Shown here: in pieces, positions 22,593 through 32,435 of the stretch | How positions within the stretch are numbered: the stretch's first letter is position 1 | Layout of the letters: every line of letters starts with the position of its first letter | NCBI GenBank assembly: GCA_000004985.1 | Contig: GG738905.1 | Length of the DNA: 64,000 nucleotides | Reading direction: 5' to 3' (one strand) | From: Naegleria gruberi | Lineage: Eukaryota | Translations under genes and position numbers: made by a program | The notes under the pieces: generated by a model | What the model was told of the DNA's origin: nothing | Database searches by the model: none | What the model saw: only the letters and a program-made list of their open reading frames with translations

Positions 22593-23063
22593 ATGTCTCT
22601 ATTCGAACAAATGACAAGTGCCGAGCCATTATTCTGGTACTTGAGTAGTGACAGTAAATCAACTCAACATACAGATAATCCTCATCCTATAGAAGAAGAA
22701 CTTGTTTTAGAATATTTAGAACATTTCCAATTACAATTATTTTCAGCAGTATCAACAGAAGGAGCAAAAGAAAGGGATGTTCTTGCTCGGGAATATGAAT
22801 TATCATTGGAAAGACAACAACAAAACATGAATTCAATGTACCGATCTAATAGTCCATCAACAAGTTTAATGGCTGATGAATATACTGAAGAAGAGGATGA
22901 AGAACAAATTGAATATCAAGATGAAGAAGCTGCCCTTCAGGAGGAAATGGATGAAGTTGGCAGATCAATTGTTTTTGATTTAAATGATGGATATATTGAA
23001 GATATGGATGAGGTGATTGAACCATCATATGGTGGGCAGGATTTAAATGAGAGTTTCATGTAA
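22593..23063 (+). CDS. Hypothetical acidic protein, 156 aa.
   Basis: ATG-initiated ORF with a coding-like but E/D-rich composition. No recognisable family. Confidence 0.35.
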   Translation: MSLFEQMTSAEPLFWYLSSDSKSTQHTDNPHPIEEELVLEYLEHFQLQLFSAVSTEGAKERDVLAREYELSLERQQQNMNSMYRSNSPSTSLMADEYTEEEDEEQIEYQDEEAALQEEMDEVGRSIVFDLNDGYIEDMDEVIEPSYGGQDLNESFM

Positions 23064-23225
23064 ATCACCATTCTTGAATTTAAAAGAAGAATTAATTGTA
23101 AATATTTTGAAATACTTGATAATGTAAGATATTCAGTTACTATAATATGTTGAGTCAATTATTATTGAGCAAAACACAATATCCCAGTCAACCAAACTAT
23201 TATTGCCATTTAAATCTAAATAAAT

Positions 23226-26200
23226 ATGGCAAGCTTCAACTTTCATCTGAAAAAAATGTCAGAAATTTCACTCGTCCATGATGAGATTAAATTGCTGATA
23301 AATTCATCCACATGCCAACTCACCGACGATAAACAACTTCTCTTCAACAATATTTCTATTAAAATCAGTGCATCTATCAACAGTGAAGATGAACAATTGT
23401 TGAATATTTCTCTCACCAATAATGAACAATTTTCCCTTTCAACAATTCTCTCCATTTTCAATCATAATCAATTCAATAATGAAAAGTTGAAAATTGATAA
23501 GGTTTCTAAAGAGTTTTTTAATGCCAAGTTTTTGATCAAGTCCATTTCTATACCAAAGAAAAGTTCAACTTACAAGCCATTCACGATCAGTATTGATTTT
23601 GTGATCGAGGATTTGTCATTCCTGTCAAAAAATCTTCCTGAGCTGTACAAGAATGAAAATTTGAAAAATCTTGAAGCAGAATTGAAAATTAATAGTGCCG
23701 ATAGTATTTCATGTTCTTTTAGAAATCCAATTAGAAACGAAAAAAACAGATTAGTTTTAATAGATCCAGTCCTAGCTCTTAATACGAAAGTTACATCTAG
23801 TGAAATTTCATCCAAATTTGATTTGAATGCTAAATGCAAACTTAATTCTGGTATTCCTACTTTGGAATCAGTAGAGTTGAGCAATGTTGAAATGGATACT
23901 GATGGAAACGTTTCTGGAATAATTGTAAAATGGGAAAATGCTCTTGGAATACCCAAGATGGTGATTGAAAATGCTTTGGTTTCTTTTAATTATTCTTCAT
24001 TGAGTTTAGAGCTCTTGATTGAATGCACTGTTCGTGCTGGAACGCATGATTTCAAATTTAGAGGAATTCTCAATGATGATATTCAGGCATTGGTTGCCAC
24101 ACGTTTGGATCCAATATCAATCAAATCAATTTCTCGTATTTTTGGTAAATTGTTCAATTCGGGGGAGGAAGAGGAGTCAACAGATGAAAATAGTGAACTT
24201 TTGTTAAAAGATTTAACATTTTCCATCTCAACAACCGAATGTGCTTTTAATGGCTTTTCTATCAAGAAGGGAATTGTCATTTCTTGTAATATTTCCATCT
24301 TCAAACTCATAAAAGAGTTGAAATGTTCTATTCAATTCAACCCAACCACACTTTCATTTCTTGGTTTAGTTCAGTTAAATCAAGATGAAGAATCAATTAA
24401 TGCTCTGATGCAAAAGCTGAATTTACCATCAACTGATTTATTCAAGCTGAAGAAAGAATCACTTACACTCTTCTTCCAATATAGCATTTTGACACCAACT
24501 ACTATTGCAATGGGAATGGATTGTAAAATTCAGTTCGCTGAAACTGGTATTGTATTAGTGAGCAAGATTTATTTTACTACCAAGTTGGACAATTTTATAC
24601 CTCAATTTATGATTGTTTGTGGGCTGGATAATAGTTTGAATTGTGAAGTTCAGGAAACTCTTCCAACCATATTAGCAGATCCCAAGAAGGAATCTTCAAT
24701 GGTAGTAGCAGCCACTAATAACTCATCAGAGAAGAAAGGAATTTCAATTCTTTTCAAAGACAAACCAGAAATTCAGACCCTAATTCAAAAAGTCGAGAAA
24801 TACATTAGATTCAAGAGTGGTTATATTATTTTAAGTACTTTGGATTATTATTATGCATACGAAACCTCAAGAAATAAGGACTTACTTTCTATGAATTCTA
24901 TTGGTGATCTCAATTTTGATATCAAATCCAATACTTTAAATCTCATATTGGTATTAGAATCGAATAACAACAAGTGGTATGAAATGAATGATCAACTCAA
25001 ATATTCATTCCAATTTCTTTATTTACTGATATCATCAAGATTGGTAAGAAAAGATGATATGATAAATACTGATGACTATCATTATGTAACATCCCAAGAA
25101 TTTAGTATTAATTTTGATACAATTTTAAGAATGGTTATTGGAAATGGCAGAAATATGTTACAACCTGCTCAAGTTGGTTTGGGTGTTGAGTTCAGAAACT
25201 TGAAATTTCCACTTGGAAGTCGTCTAGCATTCGTACCAATGTCATTTGCTCTATCTTTCTCTCAAAACACAGAAGTTGTGTTACAGGTTGGTGTTGAACT
25301 GATTCCTGTAAATGTATTCGAAAGAGTTTTGAATATTCTAAACGAATCAATAGAAAAAGTATTGGATATCGCACAAGATAAGAAAATTACTGTCAAGATA
25401 GATGAAAAGCCATCGCCATTACTATTTTCCCTTGAAGGAATCATCAGCACGACTGATGTCCAATTGACTGGAAGAATGCAAGGAGATTGGAAACATCCTT
25501 TTGGGTTGAAATGGCTCACTGCTATCAGTGATTGTGAACTTGGAGTAGACATCAATTATGCAACGATTGCAACAACAGGCCTGCCTTCTGGAGCTTCTAT
25601 TCGGTGTAATGCAACTTTGGTAAATGACAAAAAGTGCGGAATGTACCTCTCGATTAATGAGAATATTGTGGACGATTTCATTATATTATACTTGGAAAAC
25701 TTAGGATTCAAAGATATTGTGCAATTGACCGAACTAATGATTAATGTCAAGTTTAGTTCAATTAAGGAAGAATACGAATACATTAGAATTGTGAAGGCAG
25801 GCATTGGACTTTCTGCAAAGACCATGATGATTAGAGACGGCTACACTACTCTAAATATTGCTTCAGGTGATATGGTTGTCAAACAGAGAAAGATTCCAAT
25901 GGGTATTACTCTCTTTTCTGATATTTTGATCGAATTACCAAATATCTTGAATGGTCAAAAAATTGAAGGAATAATTGCCTCAGTTATTTCTCCGAAATAT
26001 GGAATTCAATTGTTTGGCAAGGTTTCTTCATTCAATTTGTGGGATGGAAACATTGTTGTTAGTGGATTTAATATTGACAAGAAGTTACAACAAAAATTGA
26101 TTGTTGTTGAAAATAAGAGTTTGAAGAAGGAAGAATCTGAAAAGGATAAAGTTGATTTCAAACTAATCCAGGATTTATTTCCATCATCTACTTCTGAGAG

Positions 26201-27383
26201 TGGTGAGAAGAATAGCAAACTAATTTCAATTGAAAATTGCCCTGAAATTTACCTCAAATTTATTCCAAATAATTTTGAATTACCAGAATTTAAGGTTTCT
26301 GGTATGATTGAGTTTTTGGACATGTTCAAATTTGGAGCTGAAGTTATGTTTAAACCTAGTTCAGGAGAGTGTTCTTTTGGTGCCGAAATTGAACTTGCAG
26401 AAGGAATTAGTGTACAATTCAAATTTTCACAAACTGCTACAGGTCCAAAAATTAAAGGAAAAGTTAAAGGACTTGAGAAATTGGCATTCCTCATCAAACA
26501 TGCCATTGAAAGTTTCAAAGCAGCAGGAAAGAAGAAGGAAGAGCCAATTCCAACTTCTTCCAATGAACAAATTGAAAAAGAAATTGAAAAAGAAGAGTCA
26601 ACCCTGAGAAAATGTTTGGCATTCATCAAGGATAAGCTTCATGCTGAAGTTGAGTTGAAAAAAGCCCAAAAGGAATTGAACACTGCCAAGAGAAACTATT
26701 CGAATAGTATCAAGAAGGAATTATCTAAAATGGGAAATGAGATTTTGAATATCACCAACAATATAGCAGAAACTGGAAAGGATGTTTACGAAAGATTAGG
26801 AAATATTATTGAGAAGAATGTTTTAAATAAGTGCATTGATGAATTCAATAAGAAACAAGAAAATTACGAAGAGTGCATTCATGACATTCAAAAAGCAATT
26901 GAAAACTTTAAGAATATTCTATTGAATGATTATTGTAAAAAGAATAATCAACTCATGAAGAGCATGAATACTATTGAAGAAATCAGAAAGAGTGTTTCAA
27001 AGAAATTATCTACACTATCTCATCAAACTCGTGAATCTCTATGCTCAGGAGCTGTCTACCTCATTTCCTTATTGGAAGTTAGATTTGAAATTACAAATGT
27101 TGACTTTTTAATTATCGATCATGTATTGGCTCTCAAGATTGACTATCACATGGGAAGAGATTCCACAGAAAAATCAATCATTCTCAAGAATGTCAACCTA
27201 AGAAAGTTGAAATCAATAGTTACTGACATTGCCTATCACATTATCGACACCTCCTCTCCAAACACCTCTTCAATTGACAAACAAGAACCACAAACAATTA
27301 CAGCTGATAACAAACAAGAACAAGAAAACACTCCAACAAGCCAACCAAATAGAAGAAAATTTGGTTGTTCCTGTTTCAGATAA
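23226..27383 (+). CDS. Large hypothetical protein (1385 aa). The N-terminal roughly 1100 aa is beta-rich and the C-terminal roughly 250 aa is predicted coiled coil.
   Basis: Uninterrupted 4.2-kb ORF with an ATG start and typical codon bias. No motif recognised. Ends ...RRKFGCSCFR. Confidence 0.5.
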   Translation: MASFNFHLKKMSEISLVHDEIKLLINSSTCQLTDDKQLLFNNISIKISASINSEDEQLLNISLTNNEQFSLSTILSIFNHNQFNNEKLKIDKVSKEFFNAKFLIKSISIPKKSSTYKPFTISIDFVIEDLSFLSKNLPELYKNENLKNLEAELKINSADSISCSFRNPIRNEKNRLVLIDPVLALNTKVTSSEISSKFDLNAKCKLNSGIPTLESVELSNVEMDTDGNVSGIIVKWENALGIPKMVIENALVSFNYSSLSLELLIECTVRAGTHDFKFRGILNDDIQALVATRLDPISIKSISRIFGKLFNSGEEEESTDENSELLLKDLTFSISTTECAFNGFSIKKGIVISCNISIFKLIKELKCSIQFNPTTLSFLGLVQLNQDEESINALMQKLNLPSTDLFKLKKESLTLFFQYSILTPTTIAMGMDCKIQFAETGIVLVSKIYFTTKLDNFIPQFMIVCGLDNSLNCEVQETLPTILADPKKESSMVVAATNNSSEKKGISILFKDKPEIQTLIQKVEKYIRFKSGYIILSTLDYYYAYETSRNKDLLSMNSIGDLNFDIKSNTLNLILVLESNNNKWYEMNDQLKYSFQFLYLLISSRLVRKDDMINTDDYHYVTSQEFSINFDTILRMVIGNGRNMLQPAQVGLGVEFRNLKFPLGSRLAFVPMSFALSFSQNTEVVLQVGVELIPVNVFERVLNILNESIEKVLDIAQDKKITVKIDEKPSPLLFSLEGIISTTDVQLTGRMQGDWKHPFGLKWLTAISDCELGVDINYATIATTGLPSGASIRCNATLVNDKKCGMYLSINENIVDDFIILYLENLGFKDIVQLTELMINVKFSSIKEEYEYIRIVKAGIGLSAKTMMIRDGYTTLNIASGDMVVKQRKIPMGITLFSDILIELPNILNGQKIEGIIASVISPKYGIQLFGKVSSFNLWDGNIVVSGFNIDKKLQQKLIVVENKSLKKEESEKDKVDFKLIQDLFPSSTSESGEKNSKLISIENCPEIYLKFIPNNFELPEFKVSGMIEFLDMFKFGAEVMFKPSSGECSFGAEIELAEGISVQFKFSQTATGPKIKGKVKGLEKLAFLIKHAIESFKAAGKKKEEPIPTSSNEQIEKEIEKEESTLRKCLAFIKDKLHAEVELKKAQKELNTAKRNYSNSIKKELSKMGNEILNITNNIAETGKDVYERLGNIIEKNVLNKCIDEFNKKQENYEECIHDIQKAIENFKNILLNDYCKKNNQLMKSMNTIEEIRKSVSKKLSTLSHQTRESLCSGAVYLISLLEVRFEITNVDFLIIDHVLALKIDYHMGRDSTEKSIILKNVNLRKLKSIVTDIAYHIIDTSSPNTSSIDKQEPQTITADNKQEQENTPTSQPNRRKFGCSCFR

Positions 27384-27472
27384 ATTTTAATTTCCTCTGA
27401 TATCCAATTATTTTTCTTCTCAAGATTTTTCCAAGTTTTTTACAAAAATTTAACAATAAATTCAAAAAAAAT

Positions 27473-27799
27473 ATGAGAACGTTCTATGGACCTAACCGTT
27501 ATTTATCTGGAGCAACCAGGAAGGAAAACACAGCTGCAAAAAGCACTACACCAATCAACTCTGAAACTTTGATCACAGAAAGAAAGCTATTCATGATTGA
27601 ATGTAGAATTGAAATTTTAAATTTACAATCGTCGACGGAAAGCAAGAAGGAAACTTTAGAATATTATGAGAATAAATTGGAGGAGGCTAGGAAATTTCTA
27701 ACCTCGGAAACCAATGAAGAAGAATTTACTCAACAAGTTATTGGAGAAAATTCCATTCCCAATTTGGAATCATTGAAAATTAAATTACTTGATTGTTAA
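27473..27799 (+). CDS. Hypothetical small protein (108 aa).
   Basis: ATG ORF between two genes on the same strand. Weak support only. Confidence 0.25.
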   Translation: MRTFYGPNRYLSGATRKENTAAKSTTPINSETLITERKLFMIECRIEILNLQSSTESKKETLEYYENKLEEARKFLTSETNEEEFTQQVIGENSIPNLESLKIKLLDC

Positions 27800-27903
27800 C
27801 TCTAGTAATCACCGTGTACCAAGTTCCGAGGAAAATGATGAACCTTGATCTATTTATTTCTCAAACTTTTCTTTCATGATCGAAATAAGAAAGATCAAAA
27901 AAA

Positions 27904-29004
27904 ATGCCAATTACCTTTGAAGTATCATCTGTTAAAGCAACCCCAGTTAGAGATTATCACCAACCGTTTGTTGTAGAAGAGGTTCTTCCGAATCAATCTA
28001 ACACTGACAATTATTATGTTGGACAAAGGCAAGAGAAAGTAACCTATCAAAAAATTAGATCAAGTTTAGATGCTTCTCCTGTAAAGCCTATTGCATTGGG
28101 AAAGAATTCATTTGTGATGAGTGCTGCTATTGCCTATTCTAGTCATCATAATTGGGTAATTAAACCAGATGATGTATGGCTTGCTATTTGTACTCAATTT
28201 TCCAATTATGTAAATGGAAGATCAGAAGAATTGAGAGACAAATTCGTGGATTTTGAAGGAAAGAAACAATTAATTGTGTATGGAGGAGGTACTTTGATGA
28301 CTGCAGATTATGCTTCTCTTTCATTAGATATGACAACACAAATTGCAAAGAATATTAAGGATCCAAGTGTAAGAGAATGGATAATGCCAGATTTTACAAC
28401 AACTACCGAAACAGATCGAATGATTGGTGCAGTTGTATTAATGGCTGCTATGAAAAATTATTTTGATTACATGTTTAGTTTGTGTTGCAATTTACCAAAT
28501 GTAACATTATTGGGCGAAGTTGAGGATTGGGTTTCAATTAGAGAAAGAGCAAATAGATTATTGGAATTTGATACAAAGGAAAACTGTATGAAAAAATGGT
28601 CCAAACTATTATTCCCAGTTTTGGACAAATTTGTGGAATCTATTAAAGGAAATCCTGATAAGGAATGGTGGAATAGAGTTGCCCATCATTGTGGTGGTGG
28701 ATCAGGTCCTTCCTATTTGTCTGGTTGGATAACTTCATTTTGCGTATTCTCAGATAAAGGTCATTGGGTGGGAGATCAAAAATCTGTGAATATTTGGGGG
28801 GAAACAACCACAATGGAATGGCCTATTATTGATCAAGATGTTATTCCAAGAGGGTATGTCAGTGTTCCAATTGTTGTCGATGATAACGGAACAATTTATG
28901 ACACTGAAATGTTTGCTGGACATATGTCTACAGAGCTATTAGAAGATGGAAAGACTCTTAAACCAAGAGCTGATTGGGCACTCTTTGTTGCAAAGAAAAT
29001 TTAA
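27904..29004 (+). CDS. Hypothetical conserved protein, 366 aa, with a Cys/His/Trp-rich globular domain.
   Basis: ATG ORF with an AT-rich promoter-like upstream region. No family assignable from sequence alone. Confidence 0.45.
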
Positions 29005-29013
29005 ACAGCTTCA

Positions 29014-30027
29014 GTGTTTGAACTCCACCCATGCCTTTTTACCTTTTCATCTTTTTTTTATAGAACAAAAAAGCTTAGGATTATGCCATTAGAACAGAGG
29101 AGGTTCTTCCTGGTATCTCAATTACAAACAATTTATTATATTTTATCGGTTTTAATTTATGGACGAAAGTCTGTTATAATAAAAGTTGAACCATTTCATC
29201 ATTTAAAAAAAGTAAAAATGAATTCACCAGCTAACGCTAACACCTTACTCTTAAAAACCTCAGAGATGAGTAATTGGTCAAAATCGGATCTGTGTTCGTT
29301 TTTTTGTGCCTCAAGAAAATGCAACGGTCCAGAATTAAGACATTGCAGTGCTTGGGTATTATTTCAAATAGGCTTTTCAGGCTACGAGTTACATGCAGCA
29401 ATAGAAAGTGAGGATAATTCCGTGATAGAAAAATTGGTAACTACCTACGGACTCTCACAATATTTTCATTTAGAATTTATTAGAATAATTAGTTGGGCAC
29501 GAAAATTAGACAAACATGGTTCCTATGAAATAGAACGAGTAGATTTTTCCCAACGTATTGGTGCTACTTTTATTCATGACAAAAGGTCTATCTTTCAAAT
29601 CTTTAAGGAATCTTTGGAGCTCTGGACTGAAAAGATTAAAGATGAATCAAGTAAGCAAAAAGCACTTTTGAAAGACTACTTTAAAAATGTTTTTCTACCA
29701 GATAGATTTGAAGCATTTAGACGAAATGATTATGCTGGATGGACAGGTCATTTTGATCCATTTAGGCATCCTGAAAATAAGGGTGATCATCTAAGAGAAG
29801 CTCTTTCAAGAAATTGTAAAGTGGGGAAGGGAGATCAGCTGTTCACCATTCTTCATTTAATTGATATTTCGACCAGTGGAAAAACCTTTTCGATTTTTCA
29901 TCTTGCTCATTCTTCCACTGAAGATGTTGACCGATTTTTTGTTGTTTATCTTTATCCAAATACTAAATTATTTGATGCTTTAGATTATTGGAAACAATTC
30001 AAACTTTATAAAAATAATAGAAAATGA
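29014..30027 (+). CDS. Hypothetical protein, up to 337 aa. The likely start is an internal Met near 29083 or 29218.
   Basis: Open frame with TGA at 30025-30027. It is separate from the next ORF, which is in a different frame with no intron signals between them. Confidence 0.35.
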   Translation: MFELHPCLFTFSSFFYRTKKLRIMPLEQRRFFLVSQLQTIYYILSVLIYGRKSVIIKVEPFHHLKKVKMNSPANANTLLLKTSEMSNWSKSDLCSFFCASRKCNGPELRHCSAWVLFQIGFSGYELHAAIESEDNSVIEKLVTTYGLSQYFHLEFIRIISWARKLDKHGSYEIERVDFSQRIGATFIHDKRSIFQIFKESLELWTEKIKDESSKQKALLKDYFKNVFLPDRFEAFRRNDYAGWTGHFDPFRHPENKGDHLREALSRNCKVGKGDQLFTILHLIDISTSGKTFSIFHLAHSSTEDVDRFFVVYLYPNTKLFDALDYWKQFKLYKNNRK

Positions 30028-30115
30028 GAATATAGAATACAGTAAATGGCTTGAGAGACAAAAGTTTAAGGTAGTTTTCGCCTTTGACGAGGCAAATAAT
30101 TTAACATCACATGGA

Positions 30116-31540
30116 GTGGGTACTGTTCATATGAGCAATTCAGAAAAAGGAAATCTTTTCCACGCTGTCTACAAAGTAATCTCCAGGTTCAATAATCCTG
30201 TGTTCCTTGGGACGACATTTCAGATTTCAGCAATCCTCACTTCGGAAGAAGGAAGGTTTACCAACCAAATTGTTGGTAAAATGTATCCGTGGTGTCGCCA
30301 CGACGTAAAGATTGTGCTCAAAGAGAAATTCAATTTTAATTCAAGTCAACCTTTTCCACATTTGTATTCTCTGTGTTATTTACTTTCAGGCTCCCCTGAG
30401 CATTTAACATCATTCCACAGACTTCTTTTAAATGATTTAAAATCTGAAAAAACAACTATAAGCCAATCCATCAGAAATTGCTTATCAACAATTATTAGTA
30501 ACAAGGAAGATAGCTCAAGGAAACGATTGGATAGAATATTTTCTAATGAAGAAACAAGGGAGGAAATCAAAGAAACTATTTTCAATCTGCTTTTTGGAGA
30601 AAAATACATTGTGCCTCAAGATTCACTTTTAAACAACATTGTTGGAAAGGCATTCATCGAGACAGCCTTTGCACATGTGGTTCAGGTTGGTAAAAAGGAG
30701 CTTCACTTTGATATTGTTGACCCAATTTCCTTTTCAGTATATTATCAAACGATGTTTAAGAATTATAGAGGTCAATTGTGGAATCATCTCAGAAAGAATA
30801 TCAAGAAACAACAGAAGGGAATTGTATTTGAATATTTTATGCATTTATTAATACTTGAAGAAAGCGAAAAGTATGGAAGTATCAGAGATTGTAAATTATT
30901 TGCTGGCTTGCCAAAAAAGGAGTTTGAGAATTACAGTTTGAAAGTTAACAGTTTCGTACGCGCTCCTGTTTTCTCTGAACAAAGTATTGAAAGAAATGAA
31001 AGATTATCTGGGTTGTGGGTTACTCAGACTGACGGATTTTTATTAGACAATTTAGTGAAACCAGACGACAATATCGGTCCTGATTTAGTATTTTATTTAG
31101 ACAGCCAAGAAAAAGAGAAATTATTGGTTTCTACAAGTTTCAGTCTTGTTTCAGATCCTAAAGATGACAATCAAACAAATAATGCAATAAGATTATTTGA
31201 AACAACAGATCCACAAAGGATTGTAAATAAGAATGGAGAAACAACAATTGAGAATCTGGAATATTCACCTCATAAGATTGGAAACAGTTCTTTAAATGCC
31301 TACAAGAAATGTATAAGATGGTTGGTTTGTCCATTCATGAAACCAGTTGGAGTGAAATGGCTGCAGAGTAATGGCCATGAAGAATTGGCTAATCCCTTCC
31401 AATCTAACCTTCATCATCTCCTTTGGACAACAAGAAATGAACTTGACAACTGTATTGAAGGTTGGTTTGATAAGGGATATCACTCTGATATGGTTTATAT
31501 TTGGGACTATTTCAAATCCAACCATGCAACAAACGAGTAA
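30116..31540 (+). CDS. Hypothetical protein, about 470 aa. The first ATG is at 30131.
   Basis: Long ORF with coding composition. No recognisable motif. Confidence 0.4.
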   Translation: MGTVHMSNSEKGNLFHAVYKVISRFNNPVFLGTTFQISAILTSEEGRFTNQIVGKMYPWCRHDVKIVLKEKFNFNSSQPFPHLYSLCYLLSGSPEHLTSFHRLLLNDLKSEKTTISQSIRNCLSTIISNKEDSSRKRLDRIFSNEETREEIKETIFNLLFGEKYIVPQDSLLNNIVGKAFIETAFAHVVQVGKKELHFDIVDPISFSVYYQTMFKNYRGQLWNHLRKNIKKQQKGIVFEYFMHLLILEESEKYGSIRDCKLFAGLPKKEFENYSLKVNSFVRAPVFSEQSIERNERLSGLWVTQTDGFLLDNLVKPDDNIGPDLVFYLDSQEKEKLLVSTSFSLVSDPKDDNQTNNAIRLFETTDPQRIVNKNGETTIENLEYSPHKIGNSSLNAYKKCIRWLVCPFMKPVGVKWLQSNGHEELANPFQSNLHHLLWTTRNELDNCIEGWFDKGYHSDMVYIWDYFKSNHATNE

Positions 31541-31603
31541 TAAATAGTATCAATATTAAGATGTCATTATTATATTAAGATAATATTTTCTACATGAATG
31601 AGA

Positions 31604-31675
31604 TCCCGTGTAGTCCAATGGCTAGGATACCTGGCTTTCACCCAGGAGGTCCGGGTTCAATTCCCGGCATGGGAG
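31604..31675 (+). tRNA. tRNA-Glu (anticodon UUC), 72 nt.
   Basis: Cloverleaf: TCCCGTG acceptor pairs with CATGGGA. D-arm GTCCAATGGCTAGGAT. Anticodon stem CCTGG/CCAGG with loop CTTTCAC. T-arm CCGGGTTCAATTCCCGG. No encoded CCA. T-run follows. Confidence 0.9.
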
Positions 31676-31804
31676 GATAATTTTTCATTTTGCTTTTTGG
31701 CCAATCAAAATCTCATAAAACACTCTGGCCCAAATTACTTCACGCAACGCCATTGGCTTTTTATGGAAATATACTCGGGTTACTGATAAATTTTAGGTTC
31801 GCTT

Positions 31805-32335
31805 GTGGCACATGAGATTAGTATCTTACTAGAAAAAATGTTAAAACAAGTGAAACGTATTTACAAAGCCACAAACCCTCAGCACCAACAAGTTAAAAGA
31901 TTTTTCACCACTTCTCTGGTCAATCATGAGCTCAACAACAACAAAATAACGATTTCCATTCCAAATCTTTCAGATTCGTCTCCTCTTCAACAAGAAGAAT
32001 TTCGTCTTGCCAAACTTCACATTTCTGAAATGGATGTCATTAAAAAAGAACAGCTCAATGCTTCATTCAAATCAAGCAGCAAACAGGCCACAGTAGTAGA
32101 TTGGAAGAGTCAACACAATGGAATTGTTGTTCGTCTATTGCACAAGGAAGGACAAGTTGTAAAGAGTGGTCAACCTTTTTACGAATTGGAATTGAGTGAA
32201 AATCAAGAAAATGAAGAAGATCCATTTTCAAAATTAACCAGACTTTGGAATAAGCTTCCTCCAGCTGCTAAATATGTGATAATATTTGCAATTATCTGTG
32301 AGTCACTAGTGTACATTCGTCTATTATTCTTTTAA
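31805..32335 (+). CDS. Hypothetical small protein (176 aa) with a C-terminal TM segment.
   Basis: ATG ORF directly downstream of tRNA-Glu. There is weak resemblance to a lipoyl/biotinyl-like fold segment (…KEGQVVKSGQPFYELE) with no modifiable Lys. Low support. Confidence 0.3.
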   Translation: MAHEISILLEKMLKQVKRIYKATNPQHQQVKRFFTTSLVNHELNNNKITISIPNLSDSSPLQQEEFRLAKLHISEMDVIKKEQLNASFKSSSKQATVVDWKSQHNGIVVRLLHKEGQVVKSGQPFYELELSENQENEEDPFSKLTRLWNKLPPAAKYVIIFAIICESLVYIRLLFF

Positions 32336-32435
32336 AGCTCCGTGCACCATTAATTAATCTTTTCTGACGGTTCAACCGTAGCAAAATAGCATTCAAAATA
32401 AAGCCTTTCTTCCCTATCTCTTGTGTAAAATGTAG

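Noticed and set aside
29014-31540. Merging the 29014-30027 and 30116-31540 ORFs into one gene
   Set aside because: They are in different frames with an in-frame TGA and no GT..AG intron between them that restores the frame. They are treated as two adjacent genes, though a frameshift cannot be excluded.
31598-31786. ORF-track entries overlapping tRNA genes (31598-31786, 36741-36941, 39503-39691, 59625-59828)
   Set aside because: These translate through canonical tRNA-Glu, tRNA-Phe and tRNA-Gly cloverleaves. They are structural RNA genes, not CDS.
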